From assembly GCA_044223005.1 (NCBI GenBank), contig JBGAML010000001.1:160001-224000 (forward strand): a stretch of 64,000 nucleotides of DNA, written 5' to 3'. The stretch's first letter is position 1, and the number at the start of each line of letters is the position of its first letter. Below are positions 1-9,977 of the stretch, one piece after another. Source of the DNA: Candidatus Eiseniibacteriota bacterium. GTDB taxonomy: Bacteria > Eisenbacteria > RBG-16-71-46. The notes beneath the pieces are model-generated. The model was given only the letters and a program-made list of their open reading frames with translations. It had not been told where the DNA came from and did not search any database. Both the position numbers and the translations under genes were made by a program.

Positions 1-1657
1 GTTCGTCGGCGCCGGCCCCGCGGGGCTGGCGGGCGCGATCCACCTCGCGCAGCGGATCGCGAAGCACGACCAGTCGGTCGCGGCCGGCGCACCCGGGACG
101 CCCCTGGGCGAGGTCAACATCGCCGTGCTCGAGAAGGCGGCCGAAGTGGGCGCGCACGGCTTCTCCGGCGGCGTCATGGATCCACGCGCGATGAAGGAGC
201 TGCTCCCGGATTTCGTCGAGCGCGGCTGCCCGCTCGCGGCGCCGGTCGCGGGCGACGACGTGTACATCCTCACCGAGGGCGGCCAGTTCCGCCTGCCCTT
301 CCTGCCGCCGGTGCTGCACAACGACGGCAACTGGATCGTGAGCCTCGGCGACGTCACGCGCTGGATGGCGGGTATCGCCGAGGAGATGGGCATCCTGATC
401 GCGACCGAGACGCCCGCGCAGGTGCCGCTCGTCGAATCCGGCCGCGTGCTCGGCGTGCGCACCGGCGACAAGGGCGTGGCGAAGGACGGCAGCCGAAAGG
501 GCACGTACCAGCCCGGCGCCGACTGCGTCGCGAAGGCGACCGTGCTGTGCGAGGGCCCGCGCGGCACCGTGACCCGGCAGCTCGAGCAGCAGCTGGGGCT
601 CACCGTGGGCAAGAACCCCATGGTGTACGCGACCGGCGTGAAGGAGCTCTGGGAGGTTCCGGCGGGCCAGGCGCAGAAGGGCCGCGTCATCCACACCATG
701 AACTGGCCGCTGCCCGCGGACACGTTCGGCGGCGGCTTCATCTACGGCATGAGCGACTCGCTCTGGGCCGTGGGCTTCTGCACGGGGCTCGACACCGCGG
801 ACCCGACGAGCGATCCGCACGGCAACCTCCAGCGTTTCAAGACGCACCCGCTCGTGCGCGCGCTGCTCGCGGGCGGCAAGCCGATCGCGTACGGCGCGAA
901 GGCGATTCCCGAGGGCGGCTGGTACGCGATGCCGAAGCTGTCGGCCGACGGCCTGCTGCTCGCGGGCGACGCGGGCGGGTTCCTGAACGGCGGGCGGCTC
1001 AAGGGCATCCACCTCGCGATCAAGTCGGGCATGCTCGCGGCGGAAACGCTGTTCGAGTGCCTGCTCGCGGGCGACTTCTCGAAGGAACGCCTCGCGAGCT
1101 ACGAGACGCGCGTCGCGTCGTCGTGGGCCGGCGAGGAGCTGCGCTCGATGCGCAACTTCCACCAGGCGTTCGACGGCGGGCTGTGGCAGGCGCTCCCGCG
1201 CACGGGCTTCCAGATGGTCTTCGGCGGCCGCGATCCGTTCGGCGATCGCCTGCCGGGCCACGCGGGCCACGAGAAGATGCGCAAGCTCGCGCAGGTGCAC
1301 CCGAACGGCAAGCCCGCGCCGCTCAAGGCCGACGGCACGCTGACGTTCGACAAGCTCGCCGACGTCTACCTCTCCGGCACGATGCACGACGAGGACCAGC
1401 CGTCGCACCTCGTGGTCGCCGACACGTCCGTGTGCGCGACCCGGTGCCGGACGGAGTTCGGCAATCCCTGCCAGCACTTCTGCCCCGCCAACGTCTACGA
1501 GATGGTCCCGGTCGAGGGGAAGCCCGGCGAGCTGCAGCTGCGGATCAACGCGTCGAACTGCGTTCACTGCAAGACCTGCGACATCGCCGACCCGTACCAG
1601 ATCATCACCTGGACGACCCCCGAAGGCGGTGGAGGACCGAATTACAAGCAGCTCTGA
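1..1657 (+). CDS. Electron transfer flavoprotein-ubiquinone oxidoreductase (5'-partial)
   Basis: Frame is open from the window edge (FVGAGPAGLAGAIHL, FAD-binding GxGxxG). Also KGIHLAIKSGMLAAE and C-terminal 4Fe-4S cysteines CQHFCPANVYE / NCVHCKTCDI / PEGGGGPNY. Confidence 0.93.
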   Translation, partial: FVGAGPAGLAGAIHLAQRIAKHDQSVAAGAPGTPLGEVNIAVLEKAAEVGAHGFSGGVMDPRAMKELLPDFVERGCPLAAPVAGDDVYILTEGGQFRLPFLPPVLHNDGNWIVSLGDVTRWMAGIAEEMGILIATETPAQVPLVESGRVLGVRTGDKGVAKDGSRKGTYQPGADCVAKATVLCEGPRGTVTRQLEQQLGLTVGKNPMVYATGVKELWEVPAGQAQKGRVIHTMNWPLPADTFGGGFIYGMSDSLWAVGFCTGLDTADPTSDPHGNLQRFKTHPLVRALLAGGKPIAYGAKAIPEGGWYAMPKLSADGLLLAGDAGGFLNGGRLKGIHLAIKSGMLAAETLFECLLAGDFSKERLASYETRVASSWAGEELRSMRNFHQAFDGGLWQALPRTGFQMVFGGRDPFGDRLPGHAGHEKMRKLAQVHPNGKPAPLKADGTLTFDKLADVYLSGTMHDEDQPSHLVVADTSVCATRCRTEFGNPCQHFCPANVYEMVPVEGKPGELQLRINASNCVHCKTCDIADPYQIITWTTPEGGGGPNYKQL

Positions 1658-1711
1658 CGGCGTGCGGTGTACGCTGTGCGGAGTTCCCTGCATCGTCCGG
1701 AGAGACCTCCC

Positions 1712-2803
1712 GTGAAACGCCTGCCCCTGCTGGCCCTCCTGCTCGCGCTCGTGCTCGCCGGCGCGACCTCGTGCGCCGTGACCGACGCCGGCGACCAGGC
1801 GGGCCCTTCCGCCTACGCACCGCCGCCGCAGGATCCGGCCCGCATCGGGCTGCCGCCGCCCTATCGCGTCTTCTACGACGAGCTGAGGGACGAGGGCGAC
1901 TGGACGCTGATCGAGCCTTACGGCTGGTGCTTCCGTCCGCGCGTGAACTTCGTCGCGTGGCGTCCCTACCTCGACGGCTGGTGGGAGCCGTCCGACTTCT
2001 ACGGCTGGATCTGGAACTCCAACGAGCCGTTCGGCTGGGTGACGTACCACTACGGCGCCTGGTTCTACGACGACTACCAGGGCTGGGTGTGGCAGCCCGG
2101 TCCGGTGTGGGGCCCCGCATGGGTCGCGTGGATCTCGCTGGGCGATTTCGTGGGCTGGGCGCCGCTCGCACCGTCGCAGTACGACGGCTTCTCCAACGTA
2201 CCCGGCGGCATCTTCACCTACGCGCCCACGTCGCAGTTCTCGTCGCGCGAGGTCGGGCAGGACGCGCTCTTCATGACCCAGGTGCCGACACGCGACGCCG
2301 CGCCCCGCGAGATCGCCAACATCGGGCGCGTGAACGGCGTGAGCTTCAACAAGGGGCCCAACTTCACCGATCTCCAGGTCCGCGGGGTGGCGCTGCCGCC
2401 GCGCACGGATCCGGGCGACTTCCGCAAGGTGAAGTTCACGACCGCGCCCACGCATCCCGGCGAGTCCGACTTGAGCTGGCGCACGAACCGCGTGACGAGC
2501 GAAGGCCTGCGCGAGTGGTCGGCCTGGCGCGAGCGCGGCGCGACGCCGCCGGCCTCGCCGATGACGCCGGGTGAGATCGTGCGGCAGAAGGGCACGATGC
2601 CGCCGCGGCCCGAGCCGGGGCGCGTGCATGCGCCCGCGCCGCGGGACACCACGCGGCACGCGGCGCGCCCGAAGCCGCCGGAACGCGAGCCGTCGCCGCG
2701 CGACTCGCTCGCGGAGCGCGGGCGCGAGATGCGGCCCGCCGCGCCGGCGCGCGGTGACCGCGCGCCGCGGCCGGCCGAGCGCGACTCGTCGTCGCGCCGC
2801 TGA
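1712..2803 (+). CDS. DUF6600-like lipoprotein with Pro/Arg-rich C-terminal tail
   Basis: GTG at 1712 after GGAG; signal peptide ending LAGATSC; Trp-rich block WRPYLDGWW...EPFGWVTYHYGAW...GWVWQPGPVWGPAWVAW typical of DUF6600. Confidence 0.75.
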   Translation: MKRLPLLALLLALVLAGATSCAVTDAGDQAGPSAYAPPPQDPARIGLPPPYRVFYDELRDEGDWTLIEPYGWCFRPRVNFVAWRPYLDGWWEPSDFYGWIWNSNEPFGWVTYHYGAWFYDDYQGWVWQPGPVWGPAWVAWISLGDFVGWAPLAPSQYDGFSNVPGGIFTYAPTSQFSSREVGQDALFMTQVPTRDAAPREIANIGRVNGVSFNKGPNFTDLQVRGVALPPRTDPGDFRKVKFTTAPTHPGESDLSWRTNRVTSEGLREWSAWRERGATPPASPMTPGEIVRQKGTMPPRPEPGRVHAPAPRDTTRHAARPKPPEREPSPRDSLAERGREMRPAAPARGDRAPRPAERDSSSRR

Positions 2804-2813
2804 CGTCCGGCGC

Positions 2814-3956
2814 ATGACGCCGACCGCGCGACTCAAGGCACGGGCGCTCGAGCTGGGCTTCGACGCGGTCGGCGTGGCGGCGGTCGGGCCACTCGAGGCC
2901 CGCGAGCGCTACGATGCGTGGCTCGCGGCCGGGCGGCACGGCGACATGCACTGGCTCGCGAGCGACGATCACCGCGCGCGGCGGAGCGATCCCTCCCGCC
3001 TCGTCGCGGGGATCCGTGCCGTGGCGTGCGTCGCACTCTGCCATCCGCCGGCGGCCGATCCGGCTCGCGACGCGCGGCTGGGCCGCATCGCCCGCTACGC
3101 GGCCGGTGAGGACTACCACCGGATCATGCAGGAGAAGCTGGGTGCGCTCGAGCGCTGGATCCGCACCGAGCTCTTCCCCGGCTCGGGCTCGCTCTGGTAC
3201 TCCGACACGGGAGCGATCCTCGAGCGCGGCTGGGCCGAACGCGCGGGGCTCGGCTGGATCGGCAAGCACTCCGGCCTGCTCTCCGAGTCGCTCGGATCGT
3301 GGTTCGTCCTCGGCGAAGTGCTCGTCGACCGCGAACTCGACCCCGACGCTCCCGTGGCGCGCGAGCGCTGCGGCACGTGCGTGCGCTGCATCGACGCCTG
3401 CCCGACGTGCGCGATCGTCGCGCCCTACCAGGTCGACGCGCGGCTCTGCATCTCGTACCTCACCATCGAGCACCGCGGACCCATCCCGCGCGAACTGCGC
3501 CCGCTCGTGGGCGAGTGGATCTTCGGCTGCGATCTCTGCCAGGAGGTCTGCCCCTGGAACCGCTTCGCGCCGCCCGCGCGCGAGGCGCGCCTGCACGCCG
3601 CGGCGCTCGAGGGCTGGACGCTGGCGGGATTCCTCGACATGGACGAGCGTGCGTTCCGCACCGTGTTCGCGGCGAGCCCGATCCGCCGCGCGGACCGCGA
3701 GGGTTTCCTGCGCAACGTCTGCGTGGCGCTGGGCAACCGGCGCGACGCCGCGGCGCTGCCCGCGCTGGCGCGCGCGCTGGCCCGCGATCCGGCCGCGCTC
3801 GTGCGGGCGCACGCGGCCTGGGCGCTCGGGCGGATCGGCGCGGCGCATGCGGGCGCGCGCACGGCCGCGCGCACCGTGCTCGCCGGCGCCGCGCACGACC
3901 GCGAGCCGCTCGTGCGCGACGAGGTCGCGCTCGCGCTGGCCGAGGTGGTCGCGTGA
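2814..3956 (+). CDS. queG: tRNA epoxyqueuosine(34) reductase QueG
   Basis: ALELGFDAVG, RYAAGEDYH, ERGWAERAGLGWIGK, CGTCVRCIDACPT, CISYLTIE, FGCDLCQEVCPWN and C-terminal HEAT-like helices. Confidence 0.95.
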   Translation: MTPTARLKARALELGFDAVGVAAVGPLEARERYDAWLAAGRHGDMHWLASDDHRARRSDPSRLVAGIRAVACVALCHPPAADPARDARLGRIARYAAGEDYHRIMQEKLGALERWIRTELFPGSGSLWYSDTGAILERGWAERAGLGWIGKHSGLLSESLGSWFVLGEVLVDRELDPDAPVARERCGTCVRCIDACPTCAIVAPYQVDARLCISYLTIEHRGPIPRELRPLVGEWIFGCDLCQEVCPWNRFAPPAREARLHAAALEGWTLAGFLDMDERAFRTVFAASPIRRADREGFLRNVCVALGNRRDAAALPALARALARDPAALVRAHAAWALGRIGAAHAGARTAARTVLAGAAHDREPLVRDEVALALAEVVA

Positions 3957-5053
3957 ACGCGCGTCACCTCGCCGGTGCGGTGCTGCTGCTGGGGCTCGCG
4001 CACGCGCCGGTCGCGGAGGCGGCACGGCACGCGCGCCGGGCGCCCGATGTGGGCGCCGATCTCTCGTCGTGGCCCGCGGTCGAGTCGGCGGGCGGCGCGC
4101 TGCGCGACCGCGAGGGCGCGGGCGACGCGATCGCCGTGCTGCGGCACGCCGGCTTCACCAGCGTGCGCCTGCGGACGTGGCATGCGCCCGCCGGCGGCAC
4201 GTGCGGGCTCCCGGCGACGCTGGCGATGGCGAAGCGCGCACGCGCCGCGGGACTCTCGCTGCTGCTCGACCTCCATTTCAGCGACACCTGGGCCGACCCC
4301 GGCCACCAGGAGACGCCCGCCGCGTGGCACGGGCTCGACGACCGCGCGCTCGGCGATTCGGTCGAGGCGTACGCGCGCGACGTCGTGGCGGCGCTCGTCG
4401 CCCAGGACACGCCGCCCGAGGCCGTCCAGCTCGGCAACGAGATCGACGGCGGCCTGCTCTGGGACGCGGGCCGGGTCGGCGGGCGGTTCGAGACGCCCGC
4501 GCAGTGGACGCGCCTGGGCGCGCTGCTCGCCCGCGCCGCCGCGGGCGTGCGCGCGGCCTCGCCCGGCGCGCACCTCGTGCTGCATCTCGCCAACGGCGGC
4601 AGCGCGGCGGCGAGCGTGCGCTGGCTCGACCACGCGGTCGCCGCGGGCGTGCCGTTCGACGCGATCGGTCTCTCGTACTATCCGTGGTGGCACGGACCGC
4701 TCGACTCGCTCGAGGCGACCCTGGCCGCGCTCGCCCGGCGCTACCGGCGCGACGTGATGATCGTCGAGACCGCGTACCCGTGGACGCTGCGCGCGCTCGA
4801 CGCCACGCACAATCCCGTCGGCCGCCGCGAGCAGCTCCTGCCGGGGTTCCCCGCGACGCCCGAGGGGCAGGCGGCGTTCGCGCGCGCCCTGCGCGAGGCG
4901 GTCGACCGCGTGCCCGACGCGCGCGGTGCGGGTGTGTGGTGGTGGGAGCCGGCGTGGCTCGCCGGCCGCGGCGCCGGCTCGCCGTGGGAGAACTGCGCGC
5001 TCGCGGATTCGGCAGGACGGCTCCTGCCCGCCGCGCGCGAACTGGCGCGCTGA
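3953..5053 (+). CDS. GH53 arabinogalactan endo-beta-1,4-galactanase, secreted
   Basis: GTGA overlap with the queG stop; signal peptide; GADLS, DLHFSDTWADPGHQ, QLGNEI (acid/base), IGLSYYP, IVETAYP (nucleophile), WWWEP. Confidence 0.88.
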   Translation: MNARHLAGAVLLLGLAHAPVAEAARHARRAPDVGADLSSWPAVESAGGALRDREGAGDAIAVLRHAGFTSVRLRTWHAPAGGTCGLPATLAMAKRARAAGLSLLLDLHFSDTWADPGHQETPAAWHGLDDRALGDSVEAYARDVVAALVAQDTPPEAVQLGNEIDGGLLWDAGRVGGRFETPAQWTRLGALLARAAAGVRAASPGAHLVLHLANGGSAAASVRWLDHAVAAGVPFDAIGLSYYPWWHGPLDSLEATLAALARRYRRDVMIVETAYPWTLRALDATHNPVGRREQLLPGFPATPEGQAAFARALREAVDRVPDARGAGVWWWEPAWLAGRGAGSPWENCALADSAGRLLPAARELAR

Positions 5054-5056
5054 CCG

Positions 5057-5482
5057 CTACTCGCCGGCGAGCGGCGTACCGCCCGCCCACTCGGCGCCGC
5101 CGCCCGCGAAGTGCTCCTTCTTCCAGATCGGCACGGCGCGCTTGAGTTCGTCCATGGCCCATCGCGCCGCGTCGAACGCCGGCCCGCGATGCGCCGCGGC
5201 CACGACCACCACCACGCTCGCCTCCGCGGGCGGCACCTCCCCCAGCCGGTGGGCGATCGCGCAGCTCGCGATCGCGAACCTTTCGCAGGCGGTCCGCTCG
5301 ATCGCCTCGAGCGCGGCGAGCGCCATGCGGTCGTAGGCTTCGTACTCGAGCCGTACGACGGCGCGGCCCTGGTGGTGGTTCCGCGTCGTGCCGAGGAACG
5401 TGACGATCGCGCCGCAGTCGGGCCGCGCCGCGGCGCGCGTCATCGCGGCGTCGTCGAGCCGGGCGTGCGTGAGCGAGGCCAT
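5057..5482 (-). CDS. moaE: Molybdopterin synthase catalytic subunit
   Basis: GAIVTFLGTTR, LEYEAY, HRLG, AAHR, DELKRAVPIWKKE; ATG at 5482. Confidence 0.93.
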   Translation of the reverse strand: MASLTHARLDDAAMTRAAARPDCGAIVTFLGTTRNHHQGRAVVRLEYEAYDRMALAALEAIERTACERFAIASCAIAHRLGEVPPAEASVVVVVAAAHRGPAFDAARWAMDELKRAVPIWKKEHFAGGGAEWAGGTPLAGE

Positions 5483-5487
5483 GCCGC

Positions 5488-6168
5488 CTACCGCGCCTTC
5501 GCGCGTGCGCGCGAGGGCCGCAGCGTCCGCCGCATGATCGGCCGCGCCGGCGTGCGGCGCAGCACCTCGCGGAAGCCCGCCGCCTCGAACGCGCCCGGAA
5601 CGCCCGTCCACACGAACGCCGACGCCTGCCGCCGGCCGCGCGTGTCCACGGGATAGCCCTCGATGCGGCGGGCCCCGTGCGAGGCGGCCCACGTGCACGC
5701 TGCGCGCAGCAGCGCAACCGTCAGGCCGCGGCCGCGGTAGGCGCGCGCCACGAAGAAGCACGGCGCCGACCACGTGGGCTGCTCGTCCACGGGGGCGAGC
5801 GCACGCGAGGTGGCGTAGCGCGCGAAGTCCTCGCGCGGGCCGACCGCGATCCAGCCCGCGGGCGTGTCGCCGTCGTACGCGATCAGCCCCGGCGTCCCAC
5901 CCGAGCGCACGAGCCGCTGGATCCAGGCGCGCCGGGCGATGGGTGACGTGGACTTGTATTGCGCGTGCGGGAAGCGGCACCACGTGCACCAGCAGCCGCC
6001 GCACGCGCCCCGCGCGCCGAACAGGATGGTGAAGTCACGCCAGCGCTCGGGGGTCACGGGCACGATCCGCCACGCGACCGGCGCCGGCCTGCGCGCCGGG
6101 GCTTTCCGCGCGGGCGTCTTCCGCGCCGCGGTGCGCGCCGCCGCGGGCTTCGTCGTGCGCGCGCTCAT
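5488..6168 (-). CDS. GNAT family N-acetyltransferase with basic N-terminal tail
   Basis: GACGGCWCTW, AGWIAVGPR, acetyl-CoA motif CFFVARAYRGRG, IEGYP, FEAAGF. Confidence 0.85.
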   Translation of the reverse strand: MSARTTKPAAARTAARKTPARKAPARRPAPVAWRIVPVTPERWRDFTILFGARGACGGCWCTWCRFPHAQYKSTSPIARRAWIQRLVRSGGTPGLIAYDGDTPAGWIAVGPREDFARYATSRALAPVDEQPTWSAPCFFVARAYRGRGLTVALLRAACTWAASHGARRIEGYPVDTRGRRQASAFVWTGVPGAFEAAGFREVLRRTPARPIMRRTLRPSRARAKAR

Positions 6169-6410
6169 CCGCCGCTCACCGGCGGCAGGAGCGCGAGCTC
6201 CGCGCCGTCCACGAGCGCGTCGTCGGCCCGCGCGAGCGTGCCGTTCACCGCGACGGCGAGGTGGCCGCGCAGCGGCGCGAGTTGCGGCCAGCGCGCGGCC
6301 ACGGCGGCGAGCGCGTCCGCCACACGGCTGCCCGCGGGCAGTTCGAGCGTGGCGTCGGCGCAGCCCGCGCGCTCGCGCGCGGTCGCGAAGAACAGCACCT
6401 GCAGCGTCAT
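6165..6410 (-). CDS. moaD: Molybdopterin synthase sulfur carrier subunit
   Basis: 81 aa, VLFFATARERAG...VAVNG...ALLPPVSGG with C-terminal diglycine. Confidence 0.93.
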   Translation of the reverse strand: MTLQVLFFATARERAGCADATLELPAGSRVADALAAVAARWPQLAPLRGHLAVAVNGTLARADDALVDGAELALLPPVSGG

Positions 6411-6449
6411 GCGTTGGACCCTCCGGGACCTTGACTCTATGCTGTCCGG

Positions 6450-7616
6450 ATGAGCGACGCGATGCAACCCCCCACCGGTCCCGATCCCGTGCCGGATGCC
6501 CTCTCCCCGCCCGCCGCCGATCCGGCCGCGGCGCTCGAGATCGATGCCGCGGGCATCCAGCGCGGACTGCTCGCGTGGCTCGGGATCGTGATCGTCGGCG
6601 GCTTCGGCGCGGTGCTCATGGGTCACGCCGAGGGCGCGTTCCTCTTCGCCGCGGCGGGCGCCTTCGCGCTCGCGCAGGCCACCGACGCCGCCGCGGTGCT
6701 CGAGCGCTATCGCGCGTTCGTCCGCGACCAGCTCCCGCGCGGGAGCGCCCACGGCGTGCTGGTGCGCACGATCGTGCGCGCACTGGTGCCGCTGGCCGGC
6801 GCCCTCTTCTACGTCGCGTTCGGCTTCTGGGCGTGGCGCGGTGACCCCGAGCACGCGTACGTCTTCGCCGCCCTGTGGTGCGCCGGCGCCACGATCGTGA
6901 GCCTCGCGCTCGCGTGGCGTTCCGTCGCCGACGCCGTGACGCGCGCCTGTTTCGGCGGCACGACGGGCCGCACGCGCCGGCTCACGGCGCGCCTCGTCGT
7001 GATCGCGCTCCTGATGCCGGTGCCCGCTTCGCTCGTCGCCCCGATGCTGCTGGACGTGCTGCGCGAGGCCGGTACCCCGCTCGCGGACGCGCCCGGGCTC
7101 GTCGCGCAGCTGCTCGGCGAGATCGCGATCGCGCTCGCCGGTGTCGGCTGGCTCGTGCGCCGAGGAGGCCGCAGCACGCTCGAGCGCCTGGGTATCACCG
7201 CGATGCGGCCCGCGCACTGGCTCGTCGCGCTCGCGGGCTTCGCCGGCCTGGTCGCCCTGAACGCCGGCACCGAATGGGTGCAGCACCGCTGGTTCCCCGC
7301 GCTCTGGCGGCACGACCACGACGTGACGCAGCTCATCGCCGGCAATCTCTCGATCGCCACGTCGCTCCTGCTCGGGGTGAGCGCCGGCGTCGGCGAGGAG
7401 ATCGCCGTGCGCGGCGCGCTGCAGCCGCGGCTCGGGATCCTGCTGAGCGCGCTGCTCTTCGCCTCGGGTCACGTGCAGTACACGTGGTACGGCATGGTCA
7501 CCGTGGCGGGGCTCGGGATCTGCCTCGGGCTCGTCCGCGACCGGACGAACACGACCACCGCGATCGTCGTGCACGCGGGCTACGACATCTTCGCGGTGCT
7601 CACGAGCGGCCAGTAA
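6450..7616 (+). CDS. CPBP (CAAX/Abi) family intramembrane protease
   Basis: Multi-TM protein with GVGEEIAVRG, LFASGH and AIVVHAGYD motifs. Confidence 0.85.
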   Translation: MSDAMQPPTGPDPVPDALSPPAADPAAALEIDAAGIQRGLLAWLGIVIVGGFGAVLMGHAEGAFLFAAAGAFALAQATDAAAVLERYRAFVRDQLPRGSAHGVLVRTIVRALVPLAGALFYVAFGFWAWRGDPEHAYVFAALWCAGATIVSLALAWRSVADAVTRACFGGTTGRTRRLTARLVVIALLMPVPASLVAPMLLDVLREAGTPLADAPGLVAQLLGEIAIALAGVGWLVRRGGRSTLERLGITAMRPAHWLVALAGFAGLVALNAGTEWVQHRWFPALWRHDHDVTQLIAGNLSIATSLLLGVSAGVGEEIAVRGALQPRLGILLSALLFASGHVQYTWYGMVTVAGLGICLGLVRDRTNTTTAIVVHAGYDIFAVLTSGQ

Positions 7617-7628
7617 CCGCCGCGGGCG

Positions 7629-8345
7629 TCAGCGCACGCCGACTCCGGGCTCGGGCGCGATCACCTCGGCCGCCACGCCGCGCGCGGCGAGTTCGGCGCG
7701 CAGCGCCGCGGGCGTCCCGGTGAGCGGCGGGAACGTGCCCCAGTGCATGGGCACGACCCACTTCACGCCGAGCTTCTCGACCGCCCAGGCCGCCTCGCGC
7801 GGGCCCATCGTGTACTTGTCGCCGATCGGCAGGATCGCGATCTCCGGCGCGTAGAGCTCGCGCACGGCCACGAACTCCATCGTCGGCCCGGTGTCCCCGG
7901 AGCAGTAGATCCGCAGCCCGTCCTCGAGCGTGATCACGTACCCCGCCTCGCTGCCGCCGTCGGGCCGGCCGGGTTCGTCGAAGCTCGAGGAGTGCGTGGC
8001 GGCCGTCATCGTGAACGCCAGTCCCGCCACGCGGGCGGTCCCTCCGGGCGCGAGGTCGACGATGCGCTCGACGCCCCGTCCGGCCAGGTGCTCCCCGACT
8101 TCGAACCCGCAGACGACAGTGCTGCCGAGGCGCGTGGCGAGCGCGACCGTGTCGCCGACGTGGTCACCGTGCGCGTGCGTCAGCGCGATCACGTCCGCGC
8201 GCGCGGGCGCGCGGCGATCGTCGGGGCAGCGGGGATTGCCGCCGAGCCAGGGATCGAGCAGGACGACCGTACCCTTCGCCGTGACCAGCTCGAACGCGCT
8301 GTGCCCGAGCCACGTGAGCGAGAACCCGCGATTCCAGACCTGCAT
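7629..8345 (-). CDS. Metallo-beta-lactamase-fold hydrolase (UPF0173-like)
   Basis: TWLGHSAF, LLDPW, THAHGDH, ATHSSS, SGDT, LPIGDKYTMG, PMHWGTFP. Confidence 0.88.
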   Translation of the reverse strand: MQVWNRGFSLTWLGHSAFELVTAKGTVVLLDPWLGGNPRCPDDRRAPARADVIALTHAHGDHVGDTVALATRLGSTVVCGFEVGEHLAGRGVERIVDLAPGGTARVAGLAFTMTAATHSSSFDEPGRPDGGSEAGYVITLEDGLRIYCSGDTGPTMEFVAVRELYAPEIAILPIGDKYTMGPREAAWAVEKLGVKWVVPMHWGTFPPLTGTPAALRAELAARGVAAEVIAPEPGVGVR

Positions 8346-8389
8346 GGTGCGCTCCCGCGTGAACGCGCGGCCGCGTTCCGTGCGGACGA

Positions 8390-9787
8390 TCAGCGAGTGG
8401 AGCCGACGCCCGCTTCCGCGATCTCCTCGAGCCGCGCCGTGAAGTGCCGCAGGACCGGGGCCTCGTAGGTGAGGCGCAGGCCCTTCAGGCGATGGCGCTC
8501 GCGGTGGATCTCGATGACCGAATCCGCCACGTAGCGCATGTGTTCGGTCGTGTAGACGCGGCGCGGGATCGCCAGCCGCACGAGCTCCAGCTTCGGCCAG
8601 CGCATCTCGCCCGTCGCCGGATCGGGCTGCGCGAACATCAGGCTGCCGACCTCGACCGCGCGGATGCCGAAGTCGCGGTAGAGCGCGACCACGAGGGCCT
8701 GGCCGGGGAACTGCGACTGCGGGATGTCCGGCAGGAACCGGCGCGCGTCGATGTAGACCGCGTGGCCGCCGACGGGCTTCACGATCGGCACGCCCGCGGC
8801 GTCGAGCCGCTCGCCGAGCTGCGCGACCTGCCCGATGCGGAACGCGAGGTAGTCCTCGCTCAGCACTTCCTTGAGGCCCCGCGCGATCGCCTCGAGGTCG
8901 CGACCCGCGAGTCCGCCGTAGGTCGGGAAGCCCTCGATCAGGATGAGCAGGTTGGTGATCCGCTGCGCCCAGTCGGCGTCGTTGAGCGCCAGGAACCCGC
9001 CGATGTTGACCAGGCCGTCCTTCTTGGCGCTCATCGTGCAGCCGTCGCCGTACGAGAACATCTCGCGCGCGATCTCGGCCACCGGCTTGTCCGCGTAACC
9101 GCTCTCGCGCTGCTGGATGAAGAAGCAGTTCTCGGCGAACCGGCAGGCGTCGAAGAAGAGCGGCACCTGGTGCCGGTCGCACACGGCGCGCACCGCGCGC
9201 ACGTTGGCCATCGACACGGGCTGGCCGCCGCCGGAGTTGTTCGTCACCGTCAGCATGACGAGCGGGATGTGCGAACGCTTCTCGGTCAGCAGGCGGTCGA
9301 GCTTGGCCGGATCGAGGTTGCCCTTGAATGGGTGCATCGTCGTGGGGTCGAGCCCCTCGTCGACGACGAGATCCGCCGCCTCCGCGCCCTGATGCTGGAT
9401 GTTGGCGCGCGTCGTGTCGAAGTGGATGTTGTTCGGCACGATGTCGCCGGCCTTGAGCACGGTCGAGAACAGCAGGTTCTCGGCGACGCGCCCCTGATGC
9501 GTGGGAATCACGTGCCGGTAGCCGAACAGGTCGCGGACTGTTCGCTCGAAGTGGAAGTAGTTCTTGCTGCCGGCGTACGACTCGTCGCCGATCATGAGCC
9601 CGGCCCACTGCTGGTCGCTCATCGCCGACGTGCCACTGTCGGTGAGCAGGTCGACGTAGATGCTGTCCGCGGGGACCGAGAAGATGTTCAGGCCCGCTTC
9701 GAGGATCAACCGCTCGCGCTCTTCACGCGACACGCGCCGCAGCGGCTCGACGACCTTGATGCGGAAGGGTTCGGCTGGAAAGCGCAT
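8390..9787 (-). CDS. tnaA: Tryptophanase (beta-eliminating PLP lyase)
   Basis: EPFRIKVVE, DLLTDSGT, THQGR, PLP lysine in MSAKKD. HFDTTR and LRHFTARL match tryptophanase rather than tyrosine phenol-lyase (FTTTR, LRFFTARF). Confidence 0.87.
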   Translation of the reverse strand: MRFPAEPFRIKVVEPLRRVSREERERLILEAGLNIFSVPADSIYVDLLTDSGTSAMSDQQWAGLMIGDESYAGSKNYFHFERTVRDLFGYRHVIPTHQGRVAENLLFSTVLKAGDIVPNNIHFDTTRANIQHQGAEAADLVVDEGLDPTTMHPFKGNLDPAKLDRLLTEKRSHIPLVMLTVTNNSGGGQPVSMANVRAVRAVCDRHQVPLFFDACRFAENCFFIQQRESGYADKPVAEIAREMFSYGDGCTMSAKKDGLVNIGGFLALNDADWAQRITNLLILIEGFPTYGGLAGRDLEAIARGLKEVLSEDYLAFRIGQVAQLGERLDAAGVPIVKPVGGHAVYIDARRFLPDIPQSQFPGQALVVALYRDFGIRAVEVGSLMFAQPDPATGEMRWPKLELVRLAIPRRVYTTEHMRYVADSVIEIHRERHRLKGLRLTYEAPVLRHFTARLEEIAEAGVGSTR

Positions 9788-9794
9788 GAAACGC

Positions 9795-9824
9795 AGTGTA
9801 CGCGTGCGGGTTCGCGCGACTCAA
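9795..9824 (-). promoter_or_regulatory. Sigma70-like promoter of tnaA, probably leaderless
   Basis: Minus strand reads TTGAGT-18 nt-TACACT-7 nt-ATG. Confidence 0.55.
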
Positions 9825-9943
9825 CCCCGCGCGCCGCGGGGAGAACGGAACGCCGCGCGTGCGCGTTCGCATCGCGCGACGATCCCGGAGCGGAGCGATC
9901 GTGAAAACCACGAAACCACCCGCCACGCACGGGGTATGTCCTG

Positions 9944-9971
9944 TTGATACACGATCCTTAGGTGGTACCAT
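9944..9971 (+). promoter_or_regulatory. Sigma70-like promoter with extended -10, upstream of the candidate ncRNA
   Basis: TTGATA (9944-9949), 16-nt spacer, TG-g-TACCAT (9963-9971), in a locally AT-richer patch. Confidence 0.55.
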
Positions 9972-9977
9972 GATGTC

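Noticed and set aside
8390..9787. Tyrosine phenol-lyase assignment
   Set aside because: Diagnostic residues (FDTT, RHFT) match tryptophanase.
9706..9930. TnaC-like leader peptide upstream of tnaA
   Set aside because: No short TnaC-like ORF, and the promoter appears to sit directly before the ATG.
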